In this document: positions 27,619 through 39,078 of the stretch, piece by piece
Numbering within the stretch: the first letter of the stretch is position 1
How the letters are laid out: each line of letters begins with the position of its first letter
NCBI GenBank assembly: GCA_963765765.1
Contig: CAVXYC010000019.1
Coordinates: 64,001-128,000 of the forward strand
Direction of reading: 5' to 3'
DNA length: 64,000 nt
Source: an uncultured Chloroflexia bacterium
Lineage (GTDB): Bacteria; Chloroflexota; UBA6077; JACCZL01
The notes under the pieces: model-generated
Told to the model about the DNA's origin: nothing
Databases searched by the model: none
What the model saw: only the letters and a program-made list of their open reading frames with translations
Translations under genes and position numbers: made by a program

Positions 27619-28422
27619 GCCCGGAACACGCCGCGGCACAATCTGATGAGACGCTCACAAGCTTTGCGGGGCGATCGCTAGACCTGAGCGGCTCGACCCG
27701 ACTGCTTGGTGAGCGCCTGGCGGCTGTGCTCCTAAACTAAGCTCCTCGACCTCACAAGCCAGACCAGGGCGAGGCTTTGGATCCGGCGCACCGTGCCCAT
27801 GAGTCTCCAACCCCAGGCCGGTTCACTGACTCTGGGGCACGGGGACCTGCTCTATGGCACACGGGAGACGACGGGAACAATCCCGATGTTCATCGCGTGG
27901 CAGTGCCGGAGCCGATGATTCCGGGATATCTCATCACCGTCGAGGACGTGTTGAGGACGTGTTTTTGAAAGTAAAGTGGAGATCCTTCGCTGAGCGCTTT
28001 GAGCATTCTCGGCCCCAACCGCTCAACAGGTGCTCCGTTCTAGACTAGGAGAGGTTATCGTCAAGACGGTATCCGTGAACCTAGCCCCCAAGAGCGTCAA
28101 TGAACGTCCGGTTTGATCAGCCTCTCCCCTGCTCAAGGCCCATCATGCCGCGCGACATGCAGATCGAGGTCACGCACAACAGCGCTTTGTGGGCGGACAA
28201 GACCACACTCTACGTTGGAAAGACCCGCCCGGTCCTTCGGGTCGCACGATGCTTGAAGTCAGAGCACTAGATCCCGGGGCGGAGGCGCACAACGCCAGTT
28301 CGGGAGCGCAGTGGAAAGACGGCCCAAGCGGTGTGCCGGTAAGCGGCTGGCTGCGTGGGGTCGCACGAGAGGGCGGTTTCGGGGATACAATGCCGTTCAC
28401 CATTTTGTGGCTCGCCTTTTGA

Positions 28423-31400
28423 TTGTTAGGATCCTGTAAAGACTCCGTGGAGCAACGTTTGGCTTCTGCAGTTCCATCATCCGGTGGCGTCGTCCTGGTT
28501 CCGGCGCGAAATGCGCGCCGCGACGATGCAACAGATGGATTGGATGTCCGCAATCAACGGCTCAGCACGGCGCAGACCCACGCCGTCGCGGTTCTAGGCC
28601 TGCTGCTCTGCCCGCTCCTGGTCTTTGCGCCGGGGCTGCTGTCAGGCCAGATTTTCTACGGCAAGGACACACTCCAGTTCTACTACCCGCTGACTGAGTG
28701 GTTTGTAGGTCAGCTCAAGTCCGGCGGAGTGCCGCTGTGGCTGCCGCACATCTTTGGTGGATACCCCCTTTTCGCAGACGGCGAGATCGGGATGGCGCAT
28801 CCGCTGGTGCTCCTCGTCAGTGCGCTCTTTTCGGCCGAGGCGGCGTTCACGCTCCTGCGGTACGTCCACTACGCACTGGCGTCTGTTCTCGCCTACTGGT
28901 TCGCAACCGTTCTTGGCCTTCGGCCACTCGGCGCCACGGTCACCGGGCTCGTGTTCGCCTTGAGCAGTTTCCTCATTGGACACATGCAGCACGACAACAT
29001 TCTACGTAGCGCGATCTGGCTGCCGGCGCTGCTTGCATGTGTTGAGCTCGCACTGAGGTCCACTGGCTGGATTCGTGTTCGAAATGCGCTGCTGGCCGGC
29101 CTTGTCGTGGGGATTCAGCTTCTTGGCGTGCATATCCAGCCCGTGCTGATCGGCCTTCTGGCGGCCGCGTGCTGGATACTGGTGGGACCTCTTGGTCTGG
29201 ATGCCAGAGCCGACGTGGCAACTGTGCAGGATCCGACGCCGAAGCTGCTCTCCGTTGGACGGTTCTTGATCGCTCGCGTTTCGCGTCTCTGGATCTGGGC
29301 GTTCATGGTGCTGGCGGGCTTGCTTGTTTCAGCGGTGCAGATGTTGCCTCTCGCATTTTTGAGCTCCCGTACGATGCGCGGCGCCGGCGTGAACTATTTT
29401 GTGTCAACGTCCTATGCGATCTCCCCTCCAGAGCTGCTGACACTGCTCTTCCCGTATTTCTTCCGGTCCGGCCCCGAGCAGCATTGGTCACTCTGGCCGC
29501 CGCAGGAGACAACGCTGTACGTCGGTATCTTGCCGCTCGCCCTGGCAATGATCGCGCTGATGTTTGTGCGGAGGCGACTCGTCGTTTGGCTCACACTCGG
29601 CGCGCTCCTCCATCTCTGGCTTGCCCTCGGCGACTATGTGACGCCGAATCCATACTATCTCCTCTGGAACCTGCCCGGTTTCTCAGTCCTGAGAGCACCC
29701 GCCCGGTTCAGCCTGGTCATCATTCTCGCCGTGGGCTGCCTGGCTGGACTCGGCGCTGACTGGCTCAATCAGCGAACGCAGCGTGGAGCAAGCCGTCGGG
29801 AGGCTTTCGTACTGCGAGCAATGGCGATGAGCTGGCTTGCCCTGCTGGCAATGGCAATCGGTGTCTTCACAGCAGTGCGCGTGGCGCTGGAGAACATGCC
29901 TCGCGAGACGATGGCCAGTATCGACCTTTCATATCTGGCTATGCGTCGAGAGCTGCCGCAGCTCGGTGCGCCAAACGTTGCTGCGGGGCTGGCCGCATCT
30001 GTCGACTGGAATACATCGGCAACGCGTTTGGGGCTCATTTGGATTTCGCTAACGGCGCTCGTGCTGGTGCTCTGGAGCATAGGCAAACGGTGTCGAATCG
30101 TCGGCCGGGCCCTTATGACCGTGGCCATTGCGGCAGACTTGCTTACCTTTGCTGGAGCGTTTTACCCGCAGGCCCCGGGGCGCGATCTACACGTCTCGTC
30201 GCCCGCGGTCGAGGAGCTGGTGTCTCGGAGTGGTCCGCATCACGTGCTCATCGATCCCGGTCTCTATCACCTTCTGGGTGCGAATCATCTCGTCCACTAC
30301 GGAGTATCGGTCGCGGGAGGCTACAGCTCGCTTGAGCCGTCGAGATTCATTGACTATTGGTGGAGCTTGGTGCGTGATGAGAATGTCCTGCTGGACCTCT
30401 TCAACGTCCGCTATATGGTGGTGCCTCGCCAGCAGTCCGGCGCGCTGATGTTTAACGATACGCGCTTTCATCCCGCGGAACGCCTGGTGAACGGCGGATC
30501 GTCTAATCCCGCTGGTGCGGAGACGTTTCGAGGGTCATCGACACGTGCCGACAGCATGACCGTGATCAGCGCCGTGGACGGTATGGACGGAGCGGAAATA
30601 GGCGAGTCGATGGCGGAGATTGGAATCATTTCGCCGGACGGTGAAGAGCGCCGATTCGGACTTCGCTACGGCCTTGAGCTCACCGGATATCGGCGGGGTG
30701 CTCCGAATCCGACAAACGCGCTCTGGGCGTACTACGGACCCGCGTTTGCACCAAACGGACGCTCATTTTCCGCACAGCTCTCTGGCGCGGTACTGTCGAT
30801 CAATCCTCCCATGATGATCGATCGCGTCGAGGTCCGCTATTTGGCTCCCTCGGGCGTCTTACTGCTGCACGGATTAGGACTAAGGGACGCCGAAACCTTT
30901 ACTACACGTTCACTCAGTAGCGCTGACCGAACGAAATACACACCTGTCTATAAGGACGAGGATGTAGTCATCCTGGAGAATAGGGCCGCGTTGCCAAAGG
31001 TGTACTTCCGAGATGGCGCGGTAACGGTCCCGGTTGATTCTCCATCTGCCCAGGACTTGATGGCCGTTCCACGGAACCTGCAACGTGAGGTGGTGCTGGA
31101 CAGCGATGACGCGCAGTCGATTCGCATGGCGAGCTCGGATGCCCATGGAGATGCCCAACTGTTGGAATATGGGGCGTCCACGGTGCGGGCCACGATTAGG
31201 TCTGATGCAGATGGCTTCATGGTAGTGGGAGACCGATTCGATGCTGGCTGGCGCGCCTGGGTGGATGGTCGTGAAGCTCCAGTCGTTCGGGCGAATGCCG
31301 TCATGCGAGCCGTACCCGTAAGTGCTGGGGAGCACACGGTGGAGATGCGGTATGAGCCCTGGTGGGTCACGCTTGGTCTAGGTGTCTCACTTCTCTCACT

Positions 31401-31488
31401 TCTCGTGGTGGTGTCGGCGATCGTCCTTTGCACGCGACGTTCCCGCGAGAGATCACCCGTAGCACAGGTCCGTCCAGTCGCCGCCTAG
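28423..31488 (+). CDS. YfhO-family GT-C membrane protein; start probably downstream (about 28540)
   Basis: D...YYP, PLW.P..FGGYP.FAD, YVGILP, RAPARF, DLFNVRY, ENRAALP, GWRAWVDG..RAV.V.AGEHTVEMRY.P. Confidence 0.85.
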   Translation: MLGSCKDSVEQRLASAVPSSGGVVLVPARNARRDDATDGLDVRNQRLSTAQTHAVAVLGLLLCPLLVFAPGLLSGQIFYGKDTLQFYYPLTEWFVGQLKSGGVPLWLPHIFGGYPLFADGEIGMAHPLVLLVSALFSAEAAFTLLRYVHYALASVLAYWFATVLGLRPLGATVTGLVFALSSFLIGHMQHDNILRSAIWLPALLACVELALRSTGWIRVRNALLAGLVVGIQLLGVHIQPVLIGLLAAACWILVGPLGLDARADVATVQDPTPKLLSVGRFLIARVSRLWIWAFMVLAGLLVSAVQMLPLAFLSSRTMRGAGVNYFVSTSYAISPPELLTLLFPYFFRSGPEQHWSLWPPQETTLYVGILPLALAMIALMFVRRRLVVWLTLGALLHLWLALGDYVTPNPYYLLWNLPGFSVLRAPARFSLVIILAVGCLAGLGADWLNQRTQRGASRREAFVLRAMAMSWLALLAMAIGVFTAVRVALENMPRETMASIDLSYLAMRRELPQLGAPNVAAGLAASVDWNTSATRLGLIWISLTALVLVLWSIGKRCRIVGRALMTVAIAADLLTFAGAFYPQAPGRDLHVSSPAVEELVSRSGPHHVLIDPGLYHLLGANHLVHYGVSVAGGYSSLEPSRFIDYWWSLVRDENVLLDLFNVRYMVVPRQQSGALMFNDTRFHPAERLVNGGSSNPAGAETFRGSSTRADSMTVISAVDGMDGAEIGESMAEIGIISPDGEERRFGLRYGLELTGYRRGAPNPTNALWAYYGPAFAPNGRSFSAQLSGAVLSINPPMMIDRVEVRYLAPSGVLLLHGLGLRDAETFTTRSLSSADRTKYTPVYKDEDVVILENRAALPKVYFRDGAVTVPVDSPSAQDLMAVPRNLQREVVLDSDDAQSIRMASSDAHGDAQLLEYGASTVRATIRSDADGFMVVGDRFDAGWRAWVDGREAPVVRANAVMRAVPVSAGEHTVEMRYEPWWVTLGLGVSLLSLLVVVSAIVLCTRRSRERSPVAQVRPVAA

Positions 31489-31560
31489 ATCTGCAATGAG
31501 TCGGCGGAGATTCGTTGCGTCCAGCGCGGAGATGTCGCTTCTGACCACGAGCGCCGGCTG

Positions 31561-32232
31561 TTGAGCCGGCGCCCCTTTCTCGAAGGAATCCGCGCCATGG
31601 CGCTCATCGCGGCCGGTATCGCGGTGTACGGCGTGGTGTTCGGCAGCCTGGCACAGCAGACAGGATTGGGCCTTGCACAGGCGGTCAGTATGTCGCTCAT
31701 TGTTTACTCGGGCGCGGCGCAATTCGTGGTATTGCCCATGTTCCATAGCGGCGTAGGGCTGCCAGCGATCGTCCTGACCGTTGGCGCAATGAGTCTACGC
31801 CACGTGGTGATGGGGCTCTCGCTGGCCACGTATCTGCCCCATGTTCCGATTATTCAGCGCTTGTTTTTGGCCTATGCCGTCAACGACGAGACGTTTGCCG
31901 TGATCTCATCGCGCGCTCGACGACAGGTCACGCCACCAGCGTTCATGGCCGGGGCCGCGTTCATCACCATCATCGCCTGGACGGGCAGCACGTGGCTGGG
32001 ATTTGCGCTTGGGCAGGTGCTGCCAGCGCCTGAAACACTTGGCCTTGACTTCGCCTTCACCGCCCTCTTTATCGCCTTGCTGGTTCCCCTGGTGCGCTCA
32101 TTGGGCGCCGCAGTGGCTTTGTTGGTAGCGGCAGTGGTGAGCGTGCCGCTTGTTCCCTTGACGGGCCTTGGTGTGGCCGTGGCAATTGGTGGTGCGCTCG
32201 GGGCGATTATCGGCGGAATCTTTGAGCGCTGA
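31561..32232 (+). CDS. azlC: AzlC family branched-chain amino acid exporter subunit
   Basis: YGVVFG, MSLIVYSGAAQF, LRH, NDETFA, GLDFAFTALF. Confidence 0.88.
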   Translation: MSRRPFLEGIRAMALIAAGIAVYGVVFGSLAQQTGLGLAQAVSMSLIVYSGAAQFVVLPMFHSGVGLPAIVLTVGAMSLRHVVMGLSLATYLPHVPIIQRLFLAYAVNDETFAVISSRARRQVTPPAFMAGAAFITIIAWTGSTWLGFALGQVLPAPETLGLDFAFTALFIALLVPLVRSLGAAVALLVAAVVSVPLVPLTGLGVAVAIGGALGAIIGGIFER

Positions 32233-32530
32233 CTTCTGGCCGGCGATCTTCGTGTTGGGCGTCGTTGTCTATATTTCCAGAATCCTGGGGCTTGTGGTTA
32301 TTCCCGCGGGTGCGATATCGCCGGCGCTCGAGCGCCGACTACGTTTGGTTCCTGTCGCGATTCTCACAGCGCTCATCGCGCCCAACCTCGCCACTCCCAA
32401 CGGAGTGCAGGACCCGTCGATCCTAACGGCAGCAGCGGCCACGGCGATTATCTCGGCGATAACGAAACAGCCCGTGATGGCGCTGCTCGCCGGAATGCTG
32501 GCGTTGGCGGGCGTCCGCGCGATGGTCTGA
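32222..32530 (+). CDS. azlD: AzlD domain-containing protein
   Basis: Small hydrophobic ORF overlapping the azlC stop; Y.SR..LR.VPVAILTALIAP. Confidence 0.8.
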   Translation: MSADFWPAIFVLGVVVYISRILGLVVIPAGAISPALERRLRLVPVAILTALIAPNLATPNGVQDPSILTAAAATAIISAITKQPVMALLAGMLALAGVRAMV

Positions 32531-32847
32531 GCTCATTGCCTCGGGTCGTGATTCTCCAGGGGGCTAACCTCATTTGGCAATTGAGCAGCGGGACGCCGGA
32601 GCGACCTCAAACGCTGGTGAGTGGCTGTCTCGGCTCGAGTGAACGATGACGACCAGCGCAGCCGGCTGAACGTCCGGGGCGCTCTCCCAAGAATACCGAC
32701 TAGTCTACAGAGCCAGGCCGGCCAGGGTGCACGGTTGCACCCCAATCTTTTTGCACTTTGGCGGCCCGCGACCGTATTCTTTTAGTTCCTACTGCGGACG
32801 GGCCGATGTTGTCCTGTTCCCTTTTTCACTCTACGCGTAAGGGAGTC

Positions 32848-35800
32848 ATGAGGACACATCACATGCACGTGCCATCCCGCACCCCGTTTAGTGCTCTGCC
32901 CGCGAAGAGTGGGCTATACGATCCGCAGTTCGAGCACGATGCATGCGGCGTGTCGTTTGTTTGCGATATCAAGGGCCGCGCGACTCACGATATCGTGTCC
33001 ACTGCGCTCGGTGCGCTCTGTAATCTGGAGCATCGAGGCGCTACAGGTGCTCAAGCCAACACCGGCGACGGAGCTGGTGTGCTCATCCAGATGCCAGACC
33101 GCTTCCTTCGAGCGGTCGTTGATTTTGACTTACCACCAGCCGGCTCGTATGGCGTGGGGCTGGGCTTCCTTCCAGTAGACGAAACTTCTCGAAGCAAGGT
33201 GATCGTTCGCATAGAAGCGATCATGGCTGAGGAAGGTCTCAAGGTGCTCGGCTGGCGTGATGTTGAAGTCGATGCTTCCATCGTCGGCAGCATTGCTCAG
33301 AGCGTCATCCCGAGTTTCCGTCAGATTTTTGTGTCCGCTACGAGTGGCGCAAGCGGCATTGAGCTTGACCGCCTGCTCTTTGTTGCGCGCAAGCGATGTG
33401 AACACGAGATCCGAGAAGAGGGTGAGATCTATTTCCCGTCTCTCTCCTGCCCGGACACTTGTCTACAAAGGGATGCTCACCGCGCCGCAGGTGCGCGAGT
33501 TCTTCCCTGAATTGAAAGACGAGCGTATCGAGTCTGCGCTAGCTCTGGTTCACAGCCGTTTTTCTACCAACACGTTCCCGTCATGGCCGTTGGCACACCC
33601 TTATCGGTACATCGCGCACAACGGTGAGATCAACACCCTTCAAGGAAACCGTAACTTCATGCGCTCCCGCGAAGCGCTCATGGAGACGGCCAACATACCG
33701 GGGCTGGATCGCGCGTTCCCAATCATCACTCCTGACGCGTCGGACACGGCGAGCTTCGACGAGTGTCTTGAGCTCCTGCACCTGGCCGGACGACCGATAT
33801 GGCACGCCGTGCTGATGATGATCCCGGAGGCGTGGGAGAACCACGCGACGATGTCCGCGGAGAAGCGCGCCTTCTATCGTTTCCACGCTTCGATGCTCGA
33901 AGCGTCGGGACGGACCTGCGTCGATTGCCTTCACAGATGGGACGGTCATTGGCGCGGTGTTGGATCGCAACGGTCTCCGTCCGAGCCGTTTTTGGGTGAC
34001 CGATGATGATCGCGTCATCATGGCGAGCGAAACGGGTGTGGTGGACGTGGATCCTGCCCGTATCGTGACCAAGGGACGGCTCCAGCCCGGACGCATGTTC
34101 CTCGTTGACACCGCCGAAGGGCGAATCGTGGACGACGAGGAGATCAAGTCTCGGCTTGCCTCCGAGCATCCATACGCCGCGTGGCTCGATGCCGGCATGG
34201 TGAACCTGAACAACCTGCCAGAGCGCAAGCACATCGTACATACGCATCGGACGGTGGTCCATCAGCAGGCGACGTTCGGCTATACGCATGAGGAGCTCAA
34301 GCTCATCATCTCGCCCATGGCGAAGTCGGCTTATGAGAGCATCGGTTCGATGGGGACTGACACGCCGGTGGCGGTACTCTCTGAGCGTCCGCGCCTCCTA
34401 TTCGATTATTTCCAGGAGCTATTCGCGCAGGTTACCAATCCGCCGCTGGATGCGATCCGCGAGGAGCTAGTCACCTCGCTCAGCTCCACGATCGGTCCCG
34501 AGGGAAACCTCCTCATGCCCGGGCCGGATTCCGTGCGACAGGTCGAGATTCCCTATCCGATCATCGACAACGACGATCTCGCGAAATTGATCTATATCAA
34601 TGAGGACGGCCAGTTTCCGCATCTGAAAGCAAGCGTCATCTACGGTCTGTTCCCGACGGCCGGCGGCGGCGAGGCGCTCAAGGAAGCGTTGGACCGTGTG
34701 CGCCAGCAGGCCGTCAAGGCGATTGAAGAGGGCGTGCGGGTGCTCGTTCTCTCCGATCGGGGGTCTGATGCCGAGTGGTCGCCAATTCCCTCTCTTCTCC
34801 TCACTTCAACCGTGCATCACCACCTCATTCACGAAAAGCTTCGCTCGAAGGTGGGACTGGTTGTGGAAACGGGCGATGCCCGGGAAGTGCACCACATGGC
34901 ACTCCTCGTTGGCTATGGCGCGGCCGCGATCAATCCATACCTCGCGTTCGAGTCCATTGAGGACATGATCGCTCAAAATCTGCACGGTCTTGGTGACATG
35001 GACCCCGACGTCGCCGTCCACAATTACATCAAGGCGGCTGGCAAGGGCGTGCTCAAGGTGATGTCTAAGATGGGCATCTCCACCGTGCAGTCGTATTGCG
35101 GCGCACAGGTTTTTGAGGCCATCGGATTGAACCGCACGCTCGTCGACCGGTATTTCACGGGGACCCTCTCGCGTATCGAAGGCATCGGCCTCCGGGAAAT
35201 CGGAGAAGAAACGTTACGCCGTCATGCGATGGCCTATGAACCGGCGCCGATCCGGCAGCGATCGACTTCGGCGGTGAAGTGCACTATCGCGTGCAAGGGG
35301 AACACCATAATTGGAACCCGGAGACCATTTATAAGCTGCAACACGCGACGCGCGCGAACGACCCCAAGTCCTTTCAGGAATTCTCCGCGCTCGTCGATGA
35401 CGAAAGCCGACGGCGCGCCAATCTTCGCGGGCTGTTGCAATTTCAGGTCGCCGAGGCGCCGATTTCGGTCGAGGAAGTGGAGCCGGCCAAGGAGATTGTC
35501 AAACGCTTTACGACGGGCGCCATGTCGTTCGGCGCGATCAGCAAGGAAGCACACGAAACGCTGGCGATCGCGATGAACCGCATCGGCGCGAAGAGCAATA
35601 CGGGCGAAGGCGGCGAAGACCCGGAGCGGTTCGCGCCGTTGCCGAACGGCGATCTAGAAATTCGCTATATTAAGCAAGTGGCGTCGGCCCGGTTCGGTGT
35701 CACCGCCCGACTATCTCGTGAATGCCGAGAGAGCTGCAAATTAAAATGGCGCAGGGCGCGAAGCCCGGCGAGGGCGGACAGTTGCCCGGCCATAAGGTCG

Positions 35801-37443
35801 ACGAAGTCATCGCGCGCTTGCGCTATGCGACCCCCGGTGTTTCATTGATCTCGCCACCTCCGCATCACGATATTTATTCCATCGAAGATTTGAAACAACT
35901 GATTTTCGATCTTAAAAAATGCCAATCCCGAGGCCGACGTTCCGTCAAATTAGTGTCTGAGGTAGGCGTGGGGACAGTGGCCGCCGGCGTGGCGAAAGCA
36001 CAAGCTGACAAGGTGTTGATCAGCGGCGATTCCGGCGGTACGGGCGCATCGCCGCTGTCTTCCATTAAATATGCCGGAATTCCCTGGGAACTTGGATTGG
36101 CGGAGACTCATCAGACGCTGGTTTTGAACGATCTGCGCGGCCGCATCAAGGTCGAAACGGACGGCCAGATGAAGACGGGACGTGATGTCGTGATCGCGGC
36201 GCTCTTAGGGGCGGAAGAGTTCGGCTTCTCCACGGCGCCCTTGATCGTTGAGGGCTGCATCATGATGCGGAAGTGCCATCTGAACACATGCCCGGTCGGC
36301 GTTGCGACCCAAAATCCCGTGTTGCGCAAAAAATTCACGGGCCAGCCCGAGCATGTCGTCAATTACTTTTTCATTCATCGCGGAAGAAATGCGTGCGCTG
36401 ATGGCGCAAGTTGGGTTTCCGGACCGTTGCGGAGATGATCGGCCGAGTCGATAAGCTCAAGGCTCATGCAAGCGCGTTGATCATTGGAAGGCGAAGGGGC
36501 TCGATCTGTCGCCGACTGTTGCATGTCTCCGAACGTGGGCCCGTGAGGTGGCAACAGCACTGTACGTGACCAAGCAGGATCACGGCCTGGCCGACATTCT
36601 GGATCAATACCCTAGTCGAACGCTGCCGAGCCGGCAATCGAACGGGGCGAAAAGGTCTGCAGTCGAGATACCGATCCGCAATATCAATCGAACGGCGGGC
36701 ACGATGTTTTATCGAGGTCACAGTGCAAAGACATACGGCGTCAACGGTCTGCCCGACGATACCATCGACATCAAGTTAACCGGCTCGGCCGGACAGAGTC
36801 CTTCGGCGCGTTTCTTCCCAAGGGCATCACACTCGACATTGGAAGGCGAAGCAAACGATTATCTCGGCAAAGGCCTCTCGGGCGGAAAGATCATCGTCGT
36901 GCCTCCGAAGGCAAAGCGACGTTCGCGTTCCCGAGGAAACGATTATTGATCGGCAACATGGCGCTCTACGGGGCGACCTCGGGCGAGTGTTATTGCTATG
37001 GGACGGTGGGCGAGCGGTTCGCCGTGCGAAATCGCGGCGTGCGCGCTGTCATCGAAGGGCGTTGGCGATCACGGCTGTGAGTACATGACGGGCGGAGGTC
37101 GTTGTGGTGCTCGGCCGAACGGGACGGAATTTCGCCGGCGGGCATGTCCGGAGGCGTCGCCTATGTTCTCGACCGAAGAATGAATTCGCGCCGCGCTGAA
37201 ATATGGGCATGGTCGAACTTGAAAAGGATCGAGGACCGAGGAGCTCAATCGCTGGCTTCGTACACTGATCGAGCAGCATGTGGAGCTCACTGGGCTGCCG
37301 GAATGCCAAGCAGGCTGTGGCTGATTGGAACGCATCGGCGCCAAACAATTCGTGAAGATCATGCCAAAGGATTATAAGCGGGTGCTCGCGGATCATGCGT
37401 AAGCCGAGGAAAAGCAGCTTTGAAAGCAGAGACCTGTCCCTAA
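32848..37443 (+). CDS. gltB: Glutamate synthase large subunit, many frameshifts; end approximate
   Basis: [98 protein letters not shown] spread over several frames. Confidence 0.92.
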
Positions 37444-37457
37444 TGATGGGGCGGCAC

Positions 37458-38915
37458 ATGGGTGAGGTCCCACGGGCTTTCTCAAATGGAAGCGTGAGAC
37501 GGCCAACTCGCCGGCCTGTGCCAGATCCGTCTCGAGGATTGGCGCGAAATGTACGAGCCGTTTCCTCACGACAAGCTGATGGTTCAGGGGGCTCGCTGTA
37601 TGGACTGCGGCGTGCCGTTTTGCCACCAGGGATGCCCCCTCGGCAATCTGATTCCCGAGTGGAACGATCTGGTCTATCGTGATCAGTGGCGGGATGCGAT
37701 CGAGGGCATTGCACACGACAAACAATTTTCCGGAGTTTACCGGACGTCTTGTGTCCCGCGCCGTGCGAGGTTCCGTGCGTGCTCGGTATCAATCAGGATC
37801 CGGTCTCGATCAAGCAGATCGAGGTCGAGATTGTCGATCGTGCCTGGTCAGAAGCATGGATTAAGCCCCAGGTGCCCCAGGTCAAATCCGGGAAGCGCGT
37901 CGCGGTCGTTGGATCCGGGCCGTCAGGTTTGGCCGCGGCTCAGCAGCTTACCCGAGCCGGTCATGACGTGATTGTCTATGAACGTGCTGATCGTATTGGG
38001 GGGTTACTTCGGTACGGTATTCCTGAGTTCAAAATGGAGAAGCGGCACCTCGATCGGCGGCTCATGCAGATGCGGGCGGAGGGCACAGAGTTTCGAACCG
38101 AGTGCAACGTTGGCGTCAACATGAGTGTGGACGAGCTCAAAAATGGACATGACGCAATCGTCCTGGCGGGTGGGGCCACGGCCTGGCGTGACCTTCCAAT
38201 CCCAGGACGCGAACTCACGGGCATCTATCAAGCCATGGAGTATTTGCCGATCTCCAACCGCGTCCAGGAGGGTGACCTCGCGGCCCCCTCGATAACCGCT
38301 GAAGGGAAGCACGTTGTCATCATCGGTGGCGGCGATACCGGCGCCGACTGCCTGGGCACATCCCATCGGCAGGGTGCAGCCTCCGTGCATCAATTCGAGA
38401 TTCTGCCTCGGCCGCCGGATTCCCGCGCGTCCACGAACCCATGGCCGCTCTACTCAAATATTTTCCGCGTGTCATCAGCACATGAGGAGGGCGGTGAGCG
38501 CGTTTACAGCGTGAACACCGAGTGTTTCCTCGGCGATGAAAACGGGAACGTCCGAGCACTTCGAGCGCATGAGGTCGAGTTCAAGGACGGTCGATTCCAG
38601 AAGGTCGAGGGGACTGACTTCGAGCTCCCTTGCGAGCTCGTGCTTCTGGCCATGGGCTTCCTGGGCCCGCAGAAGGAAGGACTCCTCGAGCAGCTTGGCG
38701 TGGACCTCGATCCGCGCGGAAACGTTGCCCGCGACGCCAACTTCATGAGCAGCGAGCCTGGGGTCTTCGTGGCAGGTGACATGGGCCGCGGCCAGAGCCT
38801 CATCGTCTGGGCCATCGCCGAAGGCCGCTCCTGCGCCGCCGGTGTGGATAAATGGCTGATGGGTGACACGCTGCTGCCGGCCCCAATTGCGCCCACCGCG
38901 CGGCCTTTGATGTGA
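37458..38915 (+). CDS. gltD: Glutamate synthase small subunit, frameshifts in the first 300 bp
   Basis: [64 protein letters not shown]. Confidence 0.92.
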
Positions 38916-38941
38916 TACGCGGGTTCGGGGACATCATAGTT

Positions 38942-39078
38942 CCCTCACCCTACCCTCTCCCTTTGGGACAGGGTACCTATCTCACTTTTACGTCACGGAC
39001 GACGGGCAGGCCTGTCCCTGACTTGGGTGAGGACGGAGATAGTGCGATAGTCCCGGGACTGGTATCAGTCCGGGACTA
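38942..39078. repeat. Cluster of REP-like fragments between convergent genes
   Basis: CCCTCACCCTACCCTCTCCCTTTGGGACAGGG (family of 8588) and the TAGTCCCGGGACTG-GTAT-CAGTCCGGGACTA palindrome at 39048-39078. Confidence 0.55.

Noticed and set aside
27643-27685. Hammerhead ribozyme core (CTGATGAG)
   Set aside because: No stem II followed by GAAA, and no closing stems found.
27953-27972. IS5-like terminal inverted repeat
   Set aside because: Only a loose resemblance; no partner repeat or transposase fragment recognised.
32723-32739. Sigma54 promoter upstream of gltB
   Set aside because: GG-N10-GC spacing is present but the -24 element (AGGGTG) matches TGGCAC poorly.
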